A stretch of DNA of 58,672 nucleotides from Actinomycetota bacterium (lineage in GTDB: Bacteria > Actinomycetota > Aquicultoria > SKW223), in NCBI GenBank assembly GCA_026417515.1, contig JAOADC010000022.1, positions 1 through 58,672 of the forward strand, written 5' to 3'. Positions 1 to 11,657 of the stretch are shown one piece after another. How positions within the stretch are numbered: the first letter of the stretch is position 1; each line of letters opens with the position of its first letter. The position numbers and the translations under genes were made by a program. The notes under the pieces were generated by a model. It was not told the DNA's origin. It saw only the letters and a list, made by a program, of their open reading frames with translations, and did no database searches.

Positions 1-517
1 AAAAGAAATAATGAGTTCTATGGGCTTAATTGTTCCTGGAGTTTCTTCATTTGGAGCTTGTGTTGAAAAACTTAAAGAGAAAGGCTTATTTGAATTTCTT
101 CAAAAGTACATTGAATCAGGAAAGAAATATCTTGGTATCTGTCTTGGTTATCAACTACTTTTTGAAAGTTCTGAAGAATCTCCTGGTATCGAGGGTCTAT
201 GTATCTTCAAAGGTACAGTAAAGAGATTCGGAAGCGGCATAAAAGTTCCTCATATTGGATGGAATACCGTTCAGCCTGTGACTGGGAAAACGATGTTTAA
301 AGATGTCAATTCGCTCTACTACTACTTTGTCCATTCATACTATGTTGAACCAAATAATAAGGATATTGTTAGCGGATACACAGATTATGGTATCAACTTC
401 GCATCTTCAATCGAATATCAAAACATCTGGGCTTGCCAATTTCATCCAGAGAAGAGTTCAGCGTCCGGACTTCAACTTTTAAGAAACTTTGTTAGGTGGT
501 GCGAGGCAGATGATTAA
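1..517 (+). CDS. hisH: Imidazole glycerol phosphate synthase, glutamine amidotransferase subunit HisH (5' end cut by window edge)
   Basis: The reading frame is open to the window start. It has the class I GATase nucleophile motif GICLGYQLL and C-terminal FHPEKS, and directly precedes hisA/hisF. Confidence 0.9.
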   Translation, partial: KEIMSSMGLIVPGVSSFGACVEKLKEKGLFEFLQKYIESGKKYLGICLGYQLLFESSEESPGIEGLCIFKGTVKRFGSGIKVPHIGWNTVQPVTGKTMFKDVNSLYYYFVHSYYVEPNNKDIVSGYTDYGINFASSIEYQNIWACQFHPEKSSASGLQLLRNFVRWCEADD

Positions 518-1247
518 GATACTGCCAGCAATCGACCTCTATGACGGTAAAGTGGTCAGATTGAAAAAGGGAAGTTTCGATGAAATGACGGTTTATGGCA
601 CTGATCCTGTTTCCTATGCAAATGATCTTTATGAAGCAGGAGCAAGGTTCATCCACATTGTTGATCTAGAAGGTGCCAAAATAGGGAAACCTGTTCACAT
701 TGATGTTCTTCATAAGATTGCCACGCAAGTGCCTGTAAAGATCCAGTACGGTGGCGGTTTACGCTCAGCCATCTATATAGAAGATGCTCTTGAAGCAGGG
801 GCAGCGAGAGCAATTGTAAGCACTCGAGCACTTACTGATGAAGAATTCTTAAAAATAGTTTCTCAGAGTTTTACTGATAGGATAACTATTAGCATAGATG
901 TAAAGGATGGCTACGTTTTTGCAAAAGGCTGGCAGGAGAAGGCAATGCCACTGGAGGATGCGCTAAATCTCATATCAACATACTCTTTTCCACACCTTAT
1001 ATTCACAGACATCGAAAGAGATGGTACAAATGAGGGTGTAAACTTAGATCTGGTCGAGTATCTCTTAAAGAAATCACCAGTTCCTGCTATCGTTGCCGGT
1101 GGTATAAGTTCCTTAAATGATATCGAGCATCTTGCAAAATACGAGACAATAGGTCTTGAGGGGATAATTATTGGTAAAGCACATTATGAAGGTCTCATTG
1201 ACCTGAAACGAGTTTTTAATCTATTCCCACAGGAGGATGATTTTTAA
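510..1247 (+). CDS. hisA: ProFAR isomerase HisA
   Basis: ATG at 510 (MIKILPAIDL) overlaps the hisH stop. Motifs ILPAIDL and GGGLRS are present. The track start at 489 is an upstream TTG. Confidence 0.92.
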   Translation: MIKILPAIDLYDGKVVRLKKGSFDEMTVYGTDPVSYANDLYEAGARFIHIVDLEGAKIGKPVHIDVLHKIATQVPVKIQYGGGLRSAIYIEDALEAGAARAIVSTRALTDEEFLKIVSQSFTDRITISIDVKDGYVFAKGWQEKAMPLEDALNLISTYSFPHLIFTDIERDGTNEGVNLDLVEYLLKKSPVPAIVAGGISSLNDIEHLAKYETIGLEGIIIGKAHYEGLIDLKRVFNLFPQEDDF

Positions 1248-2003
1248 TTGCTGACAAGGAGAATAATCCCCTGTCTGGATGTGGATAGGGGAAGGGTTGT
1301 TAAGGGAGTTCGTTTTGTTAATCTAAGAGATGCCGGTGATCCTGTTGAGCTGGCAAGCGTCTATGACAGGGAATTGGCTGACGAACTTTGTTTCCTTGAT
1401 ATAACCGCCTCTTATGAAGAAAGAGATATTATGGTTAGTGTTGTAGAGTCTGTGGCAGAAAAGGTCTTTATACCTTTCACTGTGGGTGGTGGAATAAGAA
1501 CCATAGAAGATATAGAAAGGTTGCTTAAGGCAGGTGCTGATAAAGTAAGTATCAATACTCGAGCTGTTGAGAATCCTGATTTTATCACTGAGGCAGCCAG
1601 GAGATTTGGTTCTCAATCTATTGTTGTCGCCATAGATGCCAAACGAACCGACTTAGGATTTGAAGTATTTACTTATGGTGGCAGAAAACCAACTGGCATT
1701 GAGGCTATTTCCTGGGCAAAGGAGGTAGAATCATTAGGGGCAGGAGAAATACTTTTAACAAGTATGGACACTGACGGAACGAAGGATGGATTTGATATAG
1801 AACTTACCAAGAAAGTTGCTGATGCAGTGCAGATTCCGGTAATTGCGAGTGGAGGGGCGGGCAAACCAGAACATTTTTATGAAGTATTCACACAAACAGG
1901 AGCATCGGCTGCACTTGCTGCCTCGATTTTTCACTTTGCAGAGATAGTGATTCCAGAATTAAAAAAATATCTTTCAAGCAGAGGAATACCAATAAGAATA
2001 TAA
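1248..2003 (+). CDS. hisF: Imidazole glycerol phosphate synthase cyclase subunit HisF
   Basis: A TTG start abuts the hisA stop. HisF motifs [17 protein letters not shown] and ASGGAG are present. Confidence 0.95.
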   Translation: MLTRRIIPCLDVDRGRVVKGVRFVNLRDAGDPVELASVYDRELADELCFLDITASYEERDIMVSVVESVAEKVFIPFTVGGGIRTIEDIERLLKAGADKVSINTRAVENPDFITEAARRFGSQSIVVAIDAKRTDLGFEVFTYGGRKPTGIEAISWAKEVESLGAGEILLTSMDTDGTKDGFDIELTKKVADAVQIPVIASGGAGKPEHFYEVFTQTGASAALAASIFHFAEIVIPELKKYLSSRGIPIRI

Positions 2004-2019
2004 GCCGGGAGGCAATCAA

Positions 2020-2367
2020 TTGGAGAAGATAAAAATCGATTTTGAAAAATCAGGTGGTTTGGTTCCTGCCATAGTCCAGGACATTGAAACAGGTGAAGTT
2101 TTGATGCTTGCTTATATGGATGAGAAGGCGTTGGAAAAGACTCTTACAACAGGGCGTACCTGGTTCTATTCGAGAAGTCGAAAAACCTACTGGTGCAAAG
2201 GAGAAACATCTGGGAATAAACAGTTTGTAAGAGAAGTCTATTATGATTGCGACGCAGACGCAATACTCGTGAAGGTGAAACAGATTGGTCCAGCTTGCCA
2301 TACTGGCAACAAAAGTTGCTTCTTTAATAAACTGGATGCTGTAGTGATTGAGGAGGACACTCAATGA
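2020..2367 (+). CDS. hisI: Phosphoribosyl-AMP cyclohydrolase HisI (stand-alone)
   Basis: The TTG start lies about 7 nt after GGGAGG. Motifs [15 protein letters not shown] and the Cys-rich [11 protein letters not shown] are present. Confidence 0.92.
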   Translation: MEKIKIDFEKSGGLVPAIVQDIETGEVLMLAYMDEKALEKTLTTGRTWFYSRSRKTYWCKGETSGNKQFVREVYYDCDADAILVKVKQIGPACHTGNKSCFFNKLDAVVIEEDTQ

Positions 2368-2648
2368 GCATCTCTTTCCTTTCCTACCTTGAAAAGGTAA
2401 TAGAAGAAAGAAAATCGGCAGCCCCAGAAAAATCTTACACAGCCAGACTCCTTAAAGGAGGAACAAAAAAGATCTGTGCTAAACTTGTCGAAGAATCTTC
2501 TGAAACTGTCTGCGCAGCACTGATTGAAAGCGATGAAAGGCTTCTTGAAGAATCAGCCGATCTTTTATACCATTTGATGGTGCTTCTTGCTTCAAGGGGA
2601 CTCACATTAGAGCAGGTCGCTGAAGTATTGGAAAAAAGACACAAGTAA
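2364..2648 (+). CDS. hisE: Phosphoribosyl-ATP pyrophosphatase HisE (stand-alone)
   Basis: It overlaps hisI by ATGA. The MazG-like motif [14 protein letters not shown] is present in a 94-aa protein. Confidence 0.9.
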   Translation: MSISFLSYLEKVIEERKSAAPEKSYTARLLKGGTKKICAKLVEESSETVCAALIESDERLLEESADLLYHLMVLLASRGLTLEQVAEVLEKRHK

Positions 2649-2740
2649 TTCTTAACAGTCTTTGTCCATTGCTTTCTCTTATTTAAACTGCTGTTTAAGT
2701 ATGATATTATGATTTTTTGCAAATTGCTAAGGAGGTAGAA

Positions 2741-4918
2741 ATGTCAGAAGTATTTCTAAAAGAGTTTGAATTTTATGGTAAGTCAATTTCCTTTGAGTTT
2801 GGCAGAGTAGCCAAGCAAGCAAACGCTGCCTGTCTGGTTCGATGTGAAGACACGGTGGTGCTTGTGACGGCAACTGCATCAAAAACTCCAAGAGAAGGAA
2901 TTGACTTTTTCCCATTGATTGTTGATGTTGAAGAAAAAATGTATGCTGCAGGTAAAATACCAGGAAGTTTCTTCAAGAGAGAAGGAAAGCCAAGCGATAA
3001 AGCCATTCTGATTGCCAGGTTGATTGACAGACCACTGAGACCCTGCTTCCCAGAAGGTTTTAGAAACGATGTTCAGATCGTGGCATCTCCTCTTTCTGTC
3101 GACCAAATCAATCCTTTTGATGTTCTTGCTCTTAATGGTGCATCAGCTGCTCTCCACGTCTCTGACATTCCTTTCAACGGACCTGTCGGTGCTGTAAGAA
3201 TAGGTTTGATCAACGGAAGTTTTGTTGTCAATCCAACTTTTCAGGAGCTGGAACAGTCAGATCTTGATCTTGTCGTTGCTGGCAGCAGAGAAGGCATTCT
3301 GATGGTTGAGGCAGGATCAAAAGAAGTCCCTGAAGAAAAAATTTTGGAAGCGCTTGAGTTTGCTCAAAAGCCAATACTGGAACTCATTGAGATTCAGGAA
3401 GAAATTGCTTCAAAGATTGGCAAGGAAAAGATGGAAGTAGTTCTTGATGAAATAGACAGTGAAATCGAAAACAGAGTAATTGAACTCACAAAAGAAAAAA
3501 TACTTGAAGCAATCAGAAAAACAGAAAAGGCGGAAAGAGAAGAGGCTTTAAACTTGATTGAAGAAGAGATGCTATCAATTGTTGAACCTGAAGTGAAGAA
3601 GACAGGGAAGGAAGTTGTTGACGCTTCAGGCAACTTAATCGGGTACGTTTTCGAACCAGAACAGGAGAAGATAAGGCAGGCAAAATTAGCCTATAAGAAA
3701 CTTATTAAGAAACTGATGAGAGAGATGATTTTAAATGAAGGCATAAGAGCTGATGGTAGAAAACCTGATGAGATAAGACCAATTTCAATTGATGTTGGAA
3801 TTTTGCCCAGAACACATGGTTCAGGATTGTTTACAAGAGGTCAAACTCAGGTACTAACAGTCTGCACCCTGGGAACAACATCTGAGGAGCAGATCATTGA
3901 TGGTCTTGATGTCGAGGAAAGCAAAAGATATATGCACCATTACAACTTCCCACCATTCTCAACAGGGGAGGTATCCCCACTTAGAGGGCCAAGGAGAAGA
4001 GAAATCGGTCATGGTGCGCTGGCTGAGAGAGCGCTTGTTCCTGTGATTCCAGACGAAAAAGAGTTTCCTTATACAATTCGACTTGTTAGCGAAGTACTTG
4101 AATCAAATGGTTCCACCTCAATGGCATCTGTCTGTGGTTCCACACTAGCCCTTATGGATGCTGGCGTACCGATCAAAGCGCCTGTGGCTGGAATTGCTAT
4201 GGGTCTAATTTCAGAAGGAGATAATTATGAAGTTTTAACTGATATACTCGGTATGGAAGATGCTTTAGGAGATATGGACTTTAAAGTTGCTGGCACACAA
4301 AAAGGTGTGACTGCGCTCCAGCTTGACAATAAAATTGGTGGTTTAAAAATGGAGGTCCTCAAAGACGCACTTGAAAGAGCAAGAAAGGCGCGTCTTTTCA
4401 TTCTCTCAAAAATGCTTGAAGTAATTCCAGAGCCAAGAAAAGAACTCTCACCATTTGCACCTCGAGTTATCACTCTTAAAGTCGATTCTTCAAAGATCCG
4501 TGACATCATTGGACCTGGAGGAAAGACCATCCACAGCATTATTGACGAAACCGGTGTTCAAATCGATATTCAACAGGATGGTACAGTCTACATCTTTGCC
4601 AAGGACGAACTTGGAGGAGAAAAAGCGAAAGAAATCATTGAAAACATAACCAAGGATGTTAAAGTCGGAGAGCAGTATGTAGGAAGAGTAACAAGAATTG
4701 CCTCATTTGGTGCTTTCGTCGAAATCTCTCCTGGAAAGGAAGGATTGATTCATATCTCGAAAATAGCACCAAGAAGAATTGAAAATGTTGAAGATGTTTT
4801 TAAGGTTGGAGACAGGGTTCTTGTTGAAGTAACTGAGATTGATGCACTTGGAAGAATAAATCTGGCAACAGTTGAATATACGGAGGCGATGAGAAAGCGT
4901 GGCCAAACCAAAGGTTAG
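2741..4918 (+). CDS. pnp: Polyribonucleotide nucleotidyltransferase (PNPase)
   Basis: The ATG at 2741 lies 6 nt after AGGAGG. The protein has two RNase PH domains plus KH and S1 ([15 protein letters not shown]) domains. The track ORF begins at an upstream in-frame codon (2717). Confidence 0.97.
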   Translation: MSEVFLKEFEFYGKSISFEFGRVAKQANAACLVRCEDTVVLVTATASKTPREGIDFFPLIVDVEEKMYAAGKIPGSFFKREGKPSDKAILIARLIDRPLRPCFPEGFRNDVQIVASPLSVDQINPFDVLALNGASAALHVSDIPFNGPVGAVRIGLINGSFVVNPTFQELEQSDLDLVVAGSREGILMVEAGSKEVPEEKILEALEFAQKPILELIEIQEEIASKIGKEKMEVVLDEIDSEIENRVIELTKEKILEAIRKTEKAEREEALNLIEEEMLSIVEPEVKKTGKEVVDASGNLIGYVFEPEQEKIRQAKLAYKKLIKKLMREMILNEGIRADGRKPDEIRPISIDVGILPRTHGSGLFTRGQTQVLTVCTLGTTSEEQIIDGLDVEESKRYMHHYNFPPFSTGEVSPLRGPRRREIGHGALAERALVPVIPDEKEFPYTIRLVSEVLESNGSTSMASVCGSTLALMDAGVPIKAPVAGIAMGLISEGDNYEVLTDILGMEDALGDMDFKVAGTQKGVTALQLDNKIGGLKMEVLKDALERARKARLFILSKMLEVIPEPRKELSPFAPRVITLKVDSSKIRDIIGPGGKTIHSIIDETGVQIDIQQDGTVYIFAKDELGGEKAKEIIENITKDVKVGEQYVGRVTRIASFGAFVEISPGKEGLIHISKIAPRRIENVEDVFKVGDRVLVEVTEIDALGRINLATVEYTEAMRKRGQTKG

Positions 4919-6185
4919 AACAATTGGCTCCAGCGAAGGCGAAACCATAAACCTGATTGAAACTGACAAGTTTACATTTGCATACGAGAAGGTTCCCGGA
5001 TTTCAATCTGTTTCAGTTGGAGTCTGGTTTCCAGTTGGATCTCGATATGAACCTGAAAAAATAAGAGGAATATCACATTTCATTGAACACTTGATTTTCA
5101 AAGGAACCAGAAAATACAACGCACAGAAGATTTCAGAAATATTCGATTCGTTAGGAGCAAAGGTAAACGCATTCACTGGTAAGGAAATGACCTGCTACTA
5201 TCTTCATCTTCTTGCTTCAAACGCTGATAAAGCTTTATCTCTTCTTGCTGAGATGCTGAAAGAACCGGCTTTCAGAAAAAAGGATGTGGAATCTGAAAGA
5301 AATGTTATCCTGCAAGAAATCGCAATGTATGAAGATAGCCCTGACGAGCAGGTTCATGACTACTTTTCAGAAGTGGTCTTTCACGGTAGTTCACTTGGAA
5401 AACCAATTATTGGTAGCCGTGAAACTGTTTCAAGAATAAGCCGCGATAACATTGTTGACTTTTATAAAAAGTATTACAGGGATAATCGTTTTTATATCAC
5501 AGCTGCTGGTAGTGTCGAAGCTGATCTTATTCTTGAAAAACTTTCTGTATTGGATGGAAGCAGAAAAGAAGTAACAAAAATTAGAAAGCAGATTTTTAAA
5601 GACGAAAAAAATCATTATCTTGTTGAAAAAGATACCGCACAAACTCATATCTGTATTGGATTCAGAATTTTTGGTGCCAAGAGCGAAGATCGCTTTACTA
5701 TGTCAGTTCTTGATTCAATACTGGGTGGAATGATGAGTTCAAGATTATTCAAAGAAATCAGGGAAAAAAGAGGTCTTTCTTATTCAACATATTCCTATGC
5801 TACCTACTACAGGGATACAGGTTACATCTGTGCTTATTCTGGAACATCACACAAAAAGGTCTACGATGTTGCAAAAATAACACTCGAAGAATTCAGAAAA
5901 CTTGTCGATGAAAAGGTATCTGAAGAAGAACTGAAAAAAGCGAAGGAGCATGCAAAAAGTAGTATGGTTCTTGCATCAGAGAGTATGCGCGCACGAATGA
6001 CACTGCTTGGCAAACTTCTTCTTTCTAAAGAAGAGGTTCTGACGATAAGCGAAATGATAAAAAGAATCGATGCTGTCACTGCTGATGATTTACAGAGGCT
6101 GGCATCTAAATACTTCACATCAACTCCTAAAGTGGCAGCAATTGGTAAATTTGATTCTGAAAAACTCATAAAAGTTATTGGTTGA
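4899..6185 (+). CDS. M16 (pitrilysin/insulinase) family zinc peptidase
   Basis: It has the inverted zinc motif HFIEH and an M16 two-domain length (428 aa). The GTG start overlaps pnp by 20 nt. Its pnp-adjacent position matches mlpA/pepR. Confidence 0.85.
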   Translation: MAKPKVRTIGSSEGETINLIETDKFTFAYEKVPGFQSVSVGVWFPVGSRYEPEKIRGISHFIEHLIFKGTRKYNAQKISEIFDSLGAKVNAFTGKEMTCYYLHLLASNADKALSLLAEMLKEPAFRKKDVESERNVILQEIAMYEDSPDEQVHDYFSEVVFHGSSLGKPIIGSRETVSRISRDNIVDFYKKYYRDNRFYITAAGSVEADLILEKLSVLDGSRKEVTKIRKQIFKDEKNHYLVEKDTAQTHICIGFRIFGAKSEDRFTMSVLDSILGGMMSSRLFKEIREKRGLSYSTYSYATYYRDTGYICAYSGTSHKKVYDVAKITLEEFRKLVDEKVSEEELKKAKEHAKSSMVLASESMRARMTLLGKLLLSKEEVLTISEMIKRIDAVTADDLQRLASKYFTSTPKVAAIGKFDSEKLIKVIG

Positions 6186-6204
6186 GTGCCTGGGGGTGGT
6201 GTTT

Positions 6205-7002
6205 TTGATAAGAGTTGCTGTAAATGGCGCATCTGGAAAGATGGGCAGGGAAGTCGTAAAAGCAGTTTCCTCGCAAACAGACCTGATATTGGTTGGTGCC
6301 TGCGATATTAAAAACGTTGGAAAAGATGCAGGTGAAGTGGCCGGAATAGGCGCCATAGGGGTTCTTATAGATAAAGACTTAGAAAAGATGCTTGATGAAA
6401 AAAAGCCTGATGTGGTGGTTGATTTTACTTCTCCGCATTCTGTCTATGAAAATACACTTAAAATTCTTGAAAAAGCTCACGCAGTTATTGGAACAACTGG
6501 CCTTACTGACGACCAGATTGAAGCAATCAGGAACAAGACTGCTCTAACTGGTAAAAACGCAGCCATCTGCCCAAATTTTGCCATTGGAGCCATACTTATG
6601 ATCCATTTTGCTAAGATTGCCATAAGGTATTTCCCAAATGTTGAAATAATTGAACTTCATCACGACCAGAAGGTGGATGCACCTTCTGGTACTGCGATTA
6701 CCACTGCCAAACTACTCTCTGAACTGAGACCGGTTGAAGAAAGCCATTCTCCAAGAGAATCTAAAGAACTTTTTGAAGGCAGCAGGGGAGCCGATATAGG
6801 AGGTATAAGGGTTCATTCTGTTCGTTTGCCGGGATTTGTGGCTCATCAGGAAGTTATTTTCGGAGGTCTCGGACAAACCCTAACAATTCGCCATGATAGC
6901 ACTGATAGAAGTTCTTTTATGCCTGGTGTTTTACTTGCAATCAGGCAGGTTGTTGAGCGTCGTGGCCTGACATACGGTTTAGAATCGATGCTCGATATTT
7001 AG
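6205..7002 (+). CDS. dapB: 4-hydroxy-tetrahydrodipicolinate reductase
   Basis: It has the dinucleotide motif VAVNGASGKMG and the DapB signature ELHHDQKVDAPSGTA. The likely TTG start at 6205 follows GGGGGTGG; the track start is 6178. Confidence 0.9.
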   Translation: MIRVAVNGASGKMGREVVKAVSSQTDLILVGACDIKNVGKDAGEVAGIGAIGVLIDKDLEKMLDEKKPDVVVDFTSPHSVYENTLKILEKAHAVIGTTGLTDDQIEAIRNKTALTGKNAAICPNFAIGAILMIHFAKIAIRYFPNVEIIELHHDQKVDAPSGTAITTAKLLSELRPVEESHSPRESKELFEGSRGADIGGIRVHSVRLPGFVAHQEVIFGGLGQTLTIRHDSTDRSSFMPGVLLAIRQVVERRGLTYGLESMLDI

Positions 7003-7013
7003 GATTGGGGACG

Positions 7014-8732
7014 ATGAAAGTAATTACAAAAACAGAAAAAGCAAGAACCAGGAGTAAATCAACCCAGTCAAAAAGGGGCATTAAAAAAACTGAAAACATC
7101 GAATTTATTTTTTTAGGTGGACTTGGTGAAATCGGTAAGAATATGCTTGTTGTGGAAACGGATACGCAACTCTTTGTCATCGATGCAGGACTTATGTTTC
7201 CCACCGATGAAACGCCTGGAATAGATCTCATCCTTCCTGATCTAAGCTACTTATTCAAGAAAAAGGATAAGTTAGCTGCTATTTTCCTTACACATGGTCA
7301 CGAAGACCATATAGGTGCCGTTCCCTACATACTGAGAGAGGTTAAAGCCCCGGTATATGGAAGCAAACTAACACTTGGATTACTTAAAGCCAAGCTTGAA
7401 GAGCATAGAATTAAGGCTGAGTTAAGAGAGGTGAACAGTAGGAGCAAAGTTAAGTTTCAGGATTTAAAGTTTGAGTTCATACCCCAGATCCATAGTATAC
7501 CTGATGGATTCGCTATTGCAATTCACACTCCCTATGGAATCATACTTCACACAGGTGACTTTAAGTTTGATACATCACCACTACCTGGATTGAGAGTTCA
7601 CTATGAAAGATTTGCCGATCTCTCAAAGAAAGGCGTTAAAGTTTTATTATCAGATTCTACAAACGCCGATGAATCAGGGATAACCCCTCCAGAAAGAGTT
7701 GTTGCTGAAAGGTTGAAGGAAATCTTTGTGCGAGCCAAAGGCAAAGTTATAGTTGCCTCATTTGCATCTCATATTCATCGCATCCAGAACATTTTTGATG
7801 CAGCCAAAAACACTGGCCGCCTTGTTGCAGTATCTGGCAGATCGATGCGCCAATCAATGCAGGTTGCTTTAGAGACTGGACACCTAAAAATTGATGAGAG
7901 ACAACTTATTGATATTAACCAGATTTCCAGTTTTCCATCCCATCAAATTTGCATCCTATGCACAGGCTCACAAGGAGAACCACTTTCTGCGCTTGCGCTT
8001 ATTGCCTCACGTGAACACCGCCATATTCAGATAGAAGAAGGTGATACTGTAATAATTGCAGCATCTCCAATACCTGGCAACGAAAGAAGAGTCTCAAGCA
8101 TCATCAATTCCTTGCTTAAACTTGGAGCTGAAGTTATTTATCCAAAGGAATATGGCGTCCACGTGTCAGGGCACGCTTCGCAAGAAGAACTTAAGCTTAT
8201 GATTAATATGGTCAAACCTGAATACTTCGTTCCAGTTCATGGGGAATTCCGACACTTAATCCGACATGCAAAGCTTGCAGAGGAAGCTGGAGTAAAAAAA
8301 GAAAACATCCTAACGCTGGAAAATGGAAACTCCTTTGTTCTATCCAGGGATGGCGTAAGCATAGGAAAAAAAGTCGAAGCTGGCGTAATGTATGTTGATG
8401 GTCTGAGAATAGGAGATATCGGTCAGGCCATACTCAGAGATAGAGAAAATCTCTCCAAAGGTGGAATAGTTTTTGTGGTGGTCGCAATAGACGAGTTCAC
8501 AAGGAGAATCGTTTATGGTCCAGATATTATCTCGCGGGGTCTGGTTTTAAACGAAGACCTGCTCGAAGATGCAAAAGAACGTCTTACAAAGAAAATCAAT
8601 CAGATAATTAGCGAAGAAGAAATAGTGGATCTAGCGTTGCTGAGAAAAAGAATAAATGACAGTGTTTCTGGTTTTATCTTTGATAAAACGAGAAAAAGAC
8701 CTATGGTAATTCCATTTGTTTTTGAGGTGTAA
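7014..8732 (+). CDS. rnj: Ribonuclease J (beta-CASP metallo-beta-lactamase)
   Basis: It has THGHEDHIGA, a beta-CASP architecture, and about 570 aa. An alternative in-frame TTG lies at 7005. Confidence 0.93.
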   Translation: MKVITKTEKARTRSKSTQSKRGIKKTENIEFIFLGGLGEIGKNMLVVETDTQLFVIDAGLMFPTDETPGIDLILPDLSYLFKKKDKLAAIFLTHGHEDHIGAVPYILREVKAPVYGSKLTLGLLKAKLEEHRIKAELREVNSRSKVKFQDLKFEFIPQIHSIPDGFAIAIHTPYGIILHTGDFKFDTSPLPGLRVHYERFADLSKKGVKVLLSDSTNADESGITPPERVVAERLKEIFVRAKGKVIVASFASHIHRIQNIFDAAKNTGRLVAVSGRSMRQSMQVALETGHLKIDERQLIDINQISSFPSHQICILCTGSQGEPLSALALIASREHRHIQIEEGDTVIIAASPIPGNERRVSSIINSLLKLGAEVIYPKEYGVHVSGHASQEELKLMINMVKPEYFVPVHGEFRHLIRHAKLAEEAGVKKENILTLENGNSFVLSRDGVSIGKKVEAGVMYVDGLRIGDIGQAILRDRENLSKGGIVFVVVAIDEFTRRIVYGPDIISRGLVLNEDLLEDAKERLTKKINQIISEEEIVDLALLRKRINDSVSGFIFDKTRKRPMVIPFVFEV

Positions 8733-8735
8733 GAA

Positions 8736-9506
8736 TTGACTACGATCGATGCTTTTTTATTAGGAGCAATACAAGGATTGACAGAGTTTTTGCCCGTTTC
8801 AAGCAGTGGTCATCTTGTGATACTTTCAAGTATTTTTAAAGCCAAAAACTCGTTGACATTCGATATCGCTGTTCATTTTGCAAGCCTTATTGCCATACTG
8901 GTATTTTTTAGAAGAGACATAGCTAATGTTATAAAGGAAGTTTACCAGGTAAGATTTTTTGAAACACTCCTTTTTAAAATTCTTTTAGCCTCTGTTCCAG
9001 CAGCATTGGTAGCATTTGCTTTTGAAAATCAAATAGAAAAAGTGTTTCAACAAGAAGAACTGGCAGCCAGCATGCTTTATGCGACAACCTTTCTACTGGT
9101 TACTGCCGAACTTACATCAAGGTTTAAAAAGCAGAGAAAGGAGAAATTTACTCTTTTCGACTCCTTGATTGTTGGAGCATTTCAAGCACTGGCAATCATT
9201 CCTGGTATTTCAAGGTCTGGATCAACCATATCAGCTGGAATGATTACAGGTCACTCACGAGAAGCATCTGCAAGGTTTTCCTTTCTTCTTGTTATTCCTG
9301 CGATACTTGGCGCGCTTCTGCTGGACACTTTAAGAACTGGCTTTTCCAATTTATTGCAATTGCCAATCCTTGTTGGATTCTTCAGCTCTCTGCTTTTTAG
9401 CCTTTTAGCATTGAAAATTCTATATGCTGTCATTAAGAAATACAGTTTCTATCCTTTTGCAATCTACTGCTTTTTAGTCGCAACCACCTACCTCTTTTTC
9501 AGGTAA
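8736..9506 (+). CDS. uppP: Undecaprenyl-diphosphate phosphatase
   Basis: It has the BacA/UppP motifs TEFLPVSSSGHL and PGISRSGSTI in a polytopic membrane protein. Confidence 0.92.
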   Translation: MTTIDAFLLGAIQGLTEFLPVSSSGHLVILSSIFKAKNSLTFDIAVHFASLIAILVFFRRDIANVIKEVYQVRFFETLLFKILLASVPAALVAFAFENQIEKVFQQEELAASMLYATTFLLVTAELTSRFKKQRKEKFTLFDSLIVGAFQALAIIPGISRSGSTISAGMITGHSREASARFSFLLVIPAILGALLLDTLRTGFSNLLQLPILVGFFSSLLFSLLALKILYAVIKKYSFYPFAIYCFLVATTYLFFR

Positions 9507-9518
9507 AATCACAATTGC

Positions 9519-11657
9519 ATGGCAGGTAAGAAAATTAAATCAAAGAAAAACAACAAAAAGAAAACTTCTGAAATAAATGTTTACCGGGATATCGTAGCTC
9601 TGTCTTTAACTGCTTTTTCTATCTTTATTTTGCTTGCTCTGCTAAAACCAGAGGCTGCAGGTATCGCTGGCAAAATAGTTTCTTCTGGACTGCGATATCT
9701 TTTTGGAATTGGCTCTTACTTCCTTCCTGCAATTTTCTTCTTTTATGCGCTATCAATTTTGATTTCAAGCAATACTGGATTGCGCCTGCTTACTTACGGA
9801 CTTTCAATTTCCTTTGTTTCCTTTCTTGCTTTGATATCTCTTATAAAAATTAACGGAGAATTTTTCAAAATAGAAAAGGCAAGAGAAGCTGGAGGAATCA
9901 CAGGATCTCTTCTTGCTTATCCACTTGTTACACTCTTCGGAGAAAACGGAGCCTACCTGATCATCTTCACTTCATTCATCGTTAGCATCGTCATTATTCT
10001 CAATAAACCTGTTTCTGAACTTATTGAAGGACTAAGGAAAACATCTGAAACTAGCAGAGAACCAACAAAAACGCAGAAAGCACCATTGCTTGATTCCTTT
10101 TCAAGAAAAAGAGATAGAACCATTAAGATAGAAAGACCAGAAGTCACACAACCAATAGAATTCGTTCAGGAATCAGATAATGAGATTCACGAGAGCGAAG
10201 AACAGGTATCAGAGAAAATTGAAAGAACTGGAAAGACTTCTTCTGGATACGAATTTCCTCCGCTTTCACTCCTGAACAAAAAATCAGGTCAACTCGCAGA
10301 AACAGTTGGTGACTTCAAGCGTGTTATCGAAACGACACTCGAAGAATTTAACATTCCAGCCAGAGTTGTTGGTACGCAGGAAGGTCCAACAGTAACAACA
10401 TTTGAAGTTCAATTGGAACCTGGTACTCCTGTAAGAAAATTAACCTCTCTTCAAGACGATATCTCCATAGCATTGGCAACTCCAAATGTTCGAATAATCA
10501 CTCCTTTACCCGGGAAATCTGCAATAGGTATTGAGGTTCCAAATAAATTAAGAGAGCTCGTGACACTAAGGGAACTACTAGACACTGACGAGTGGAAATC
10601 TTCAAAAGATCCACTTCTTATTGCTGTTGGCAAGAGTTCTTCAGGTATTCCATACTATTATAGCCTTCGAAAAATGCCACATATGCTGATTGCCGGTGCA
10701 ACCGGTTCAGGCAAGTCAGTTTGCCTCAACAGCATCATACTTACGATACTTTTTAAAGCACATCCTGATGATGTTAAGTTGCTTCTTATTGACCCTAAGA
10801 GAGTCGAGTTCTCTCCATATAAAGATATACCTCATCTTCTTGCTCCTGTAGTTGTCGATCCAAATAAGGCTGCTTCAGCGCTCGCATATATGGTTCAAGA
10901 GATGGAAAGGCGTTATCAGGCACTATCATCGATGGTTGCAAGAGACATCGAATCTTACAATCGCAAAGCGGCAAAAGAAGGTGCTGAAAAACTCCCCTAT
11001 ATCATCGTCATAATAGATGAACTTGCTGACCTGATGCTTGTCTGCTCAAGAGAGGTTGAAGAATCCATTGTAAGGCTTGCTCAGATGGCTCGTGCTGTGG
11101 GGATTCATCTTATTGTTGCCACCCAAAGACCATCAGCAGATATCATCACAGGTCTAATAAAATCAAATATCACCACTCGAATAGCCTTCTCGGTCAGGTC
11201 ACAGATTGATTCAAGAGTAATTCTTGATGCTGTTGGTGCTGAAAAACTTATTGGTCAAGGTGATATGTTATTCCTTGCTCAATCGCTCCTTCATCCAGTG
11301 CGGCTTCAGGCACCCTATGTTTCAGAGGAAGAAATAGAGAAGGTAACCAATTTCGTGAAATCGCAAGCAAAGCCAGATTATAAGGAAGAGGTCTTTAGCG
11401 TAAAATTAGATAAAGCGAAAGATTCTGAAGTCGACGACGAACTTTACGATGAAGCAGTTGAAACCATATTAACATACGGACAGGCATCAACTTCTTTCCT
11501 TCAAAGAAAGTTAAAAATTGGATATGCAAGAGCTGCAAGAATAATGGATATGCTTGAAGCGAGTGGAATTGTAGGAAGTCAGGAAGGTTCAAAACCAAGA
11601 GAAATTCTCATTACAAGAGAAGAGTGGGAAGCAAGAAAGAGAAGGGCTCAGGAATGA
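9519..11657 (+). CDS. ftsK: DNA translocase FtsK/SpoIIIE
   Basis: It has N-terminal TM helices, Walker A GATGSGKS, Walker B IIVIIDELAD and a C-terminal winged-helix gamma domain (SFLQRKLKIGYARAARIMD). Confidence 0.95.
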   Translation: MAGKKIKSKKNNKKKTSEINVYRDIVALSLTAFSIFILLALLKPEAAGIAGKIVSSGLRYLFGIGSYFLPAIFFFYALSILISSNTGLRLLTYGLSISFVSFLALISLIKINGEFFKIEKAREAGGITGSLLAYPLVTLFGENGAYLIIFTSFIVSIVIILNKPVSELIEGLRKTSETSREPTKTQKAPLLDSFSRKRDRTIKIERPEVTQPIEFVQESDNEIHESEEQVSEKIERTGKTSSGYEFPPLSLLNKKSGQLAETVGDFKRVIETTLEEFNIPARVVGTQEGPTVTTFEVQLEPGTPVRKLTSLQDDISIALATPNVRIITPLPGKSAIGIEVPNKLRELVTLRELLDTDEWKSSKDPLLIAVGKSSSGIPYYYSLRKMPHMLIAGATGSGKSVCLNSIILTILFKAHPDDVKLLLIDPKRVEFSPYKDIPHLLAPVVVDPNKAASALAYMVQEMERRYQALSSMVARDIESYNRKAAKEGAEKLPYIIVIIDELADLMLVCSREVEESIVRLAQMARAVGIHLIVATQRPSADIITGLIKSNITTRIAFSVRSQIDSRVILDAVGAEKLIGQGDMLFLAQSLLHPVRLQAPYVSEEEIEKVTNFVKSQAKPDYKEEVFSVKLDKAKDSEVDDELYDEAVETILTYGQASTSFLQRKLKIGYARAARIMDMLEASGIVGSQEGSKPREILITREEWEARKRRAQE

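Noticed and set aside
11624-11653. Several track ORFs carry N-terminal extensions, namely rodZ-like 11624, tyrA 54755, hisA 489, pnp 2717 and dapB 6178.
   Set aside because: The extensions overlap the upstream gene and lack RBS support. Internal starts with SD sequences give canonical N-termini.
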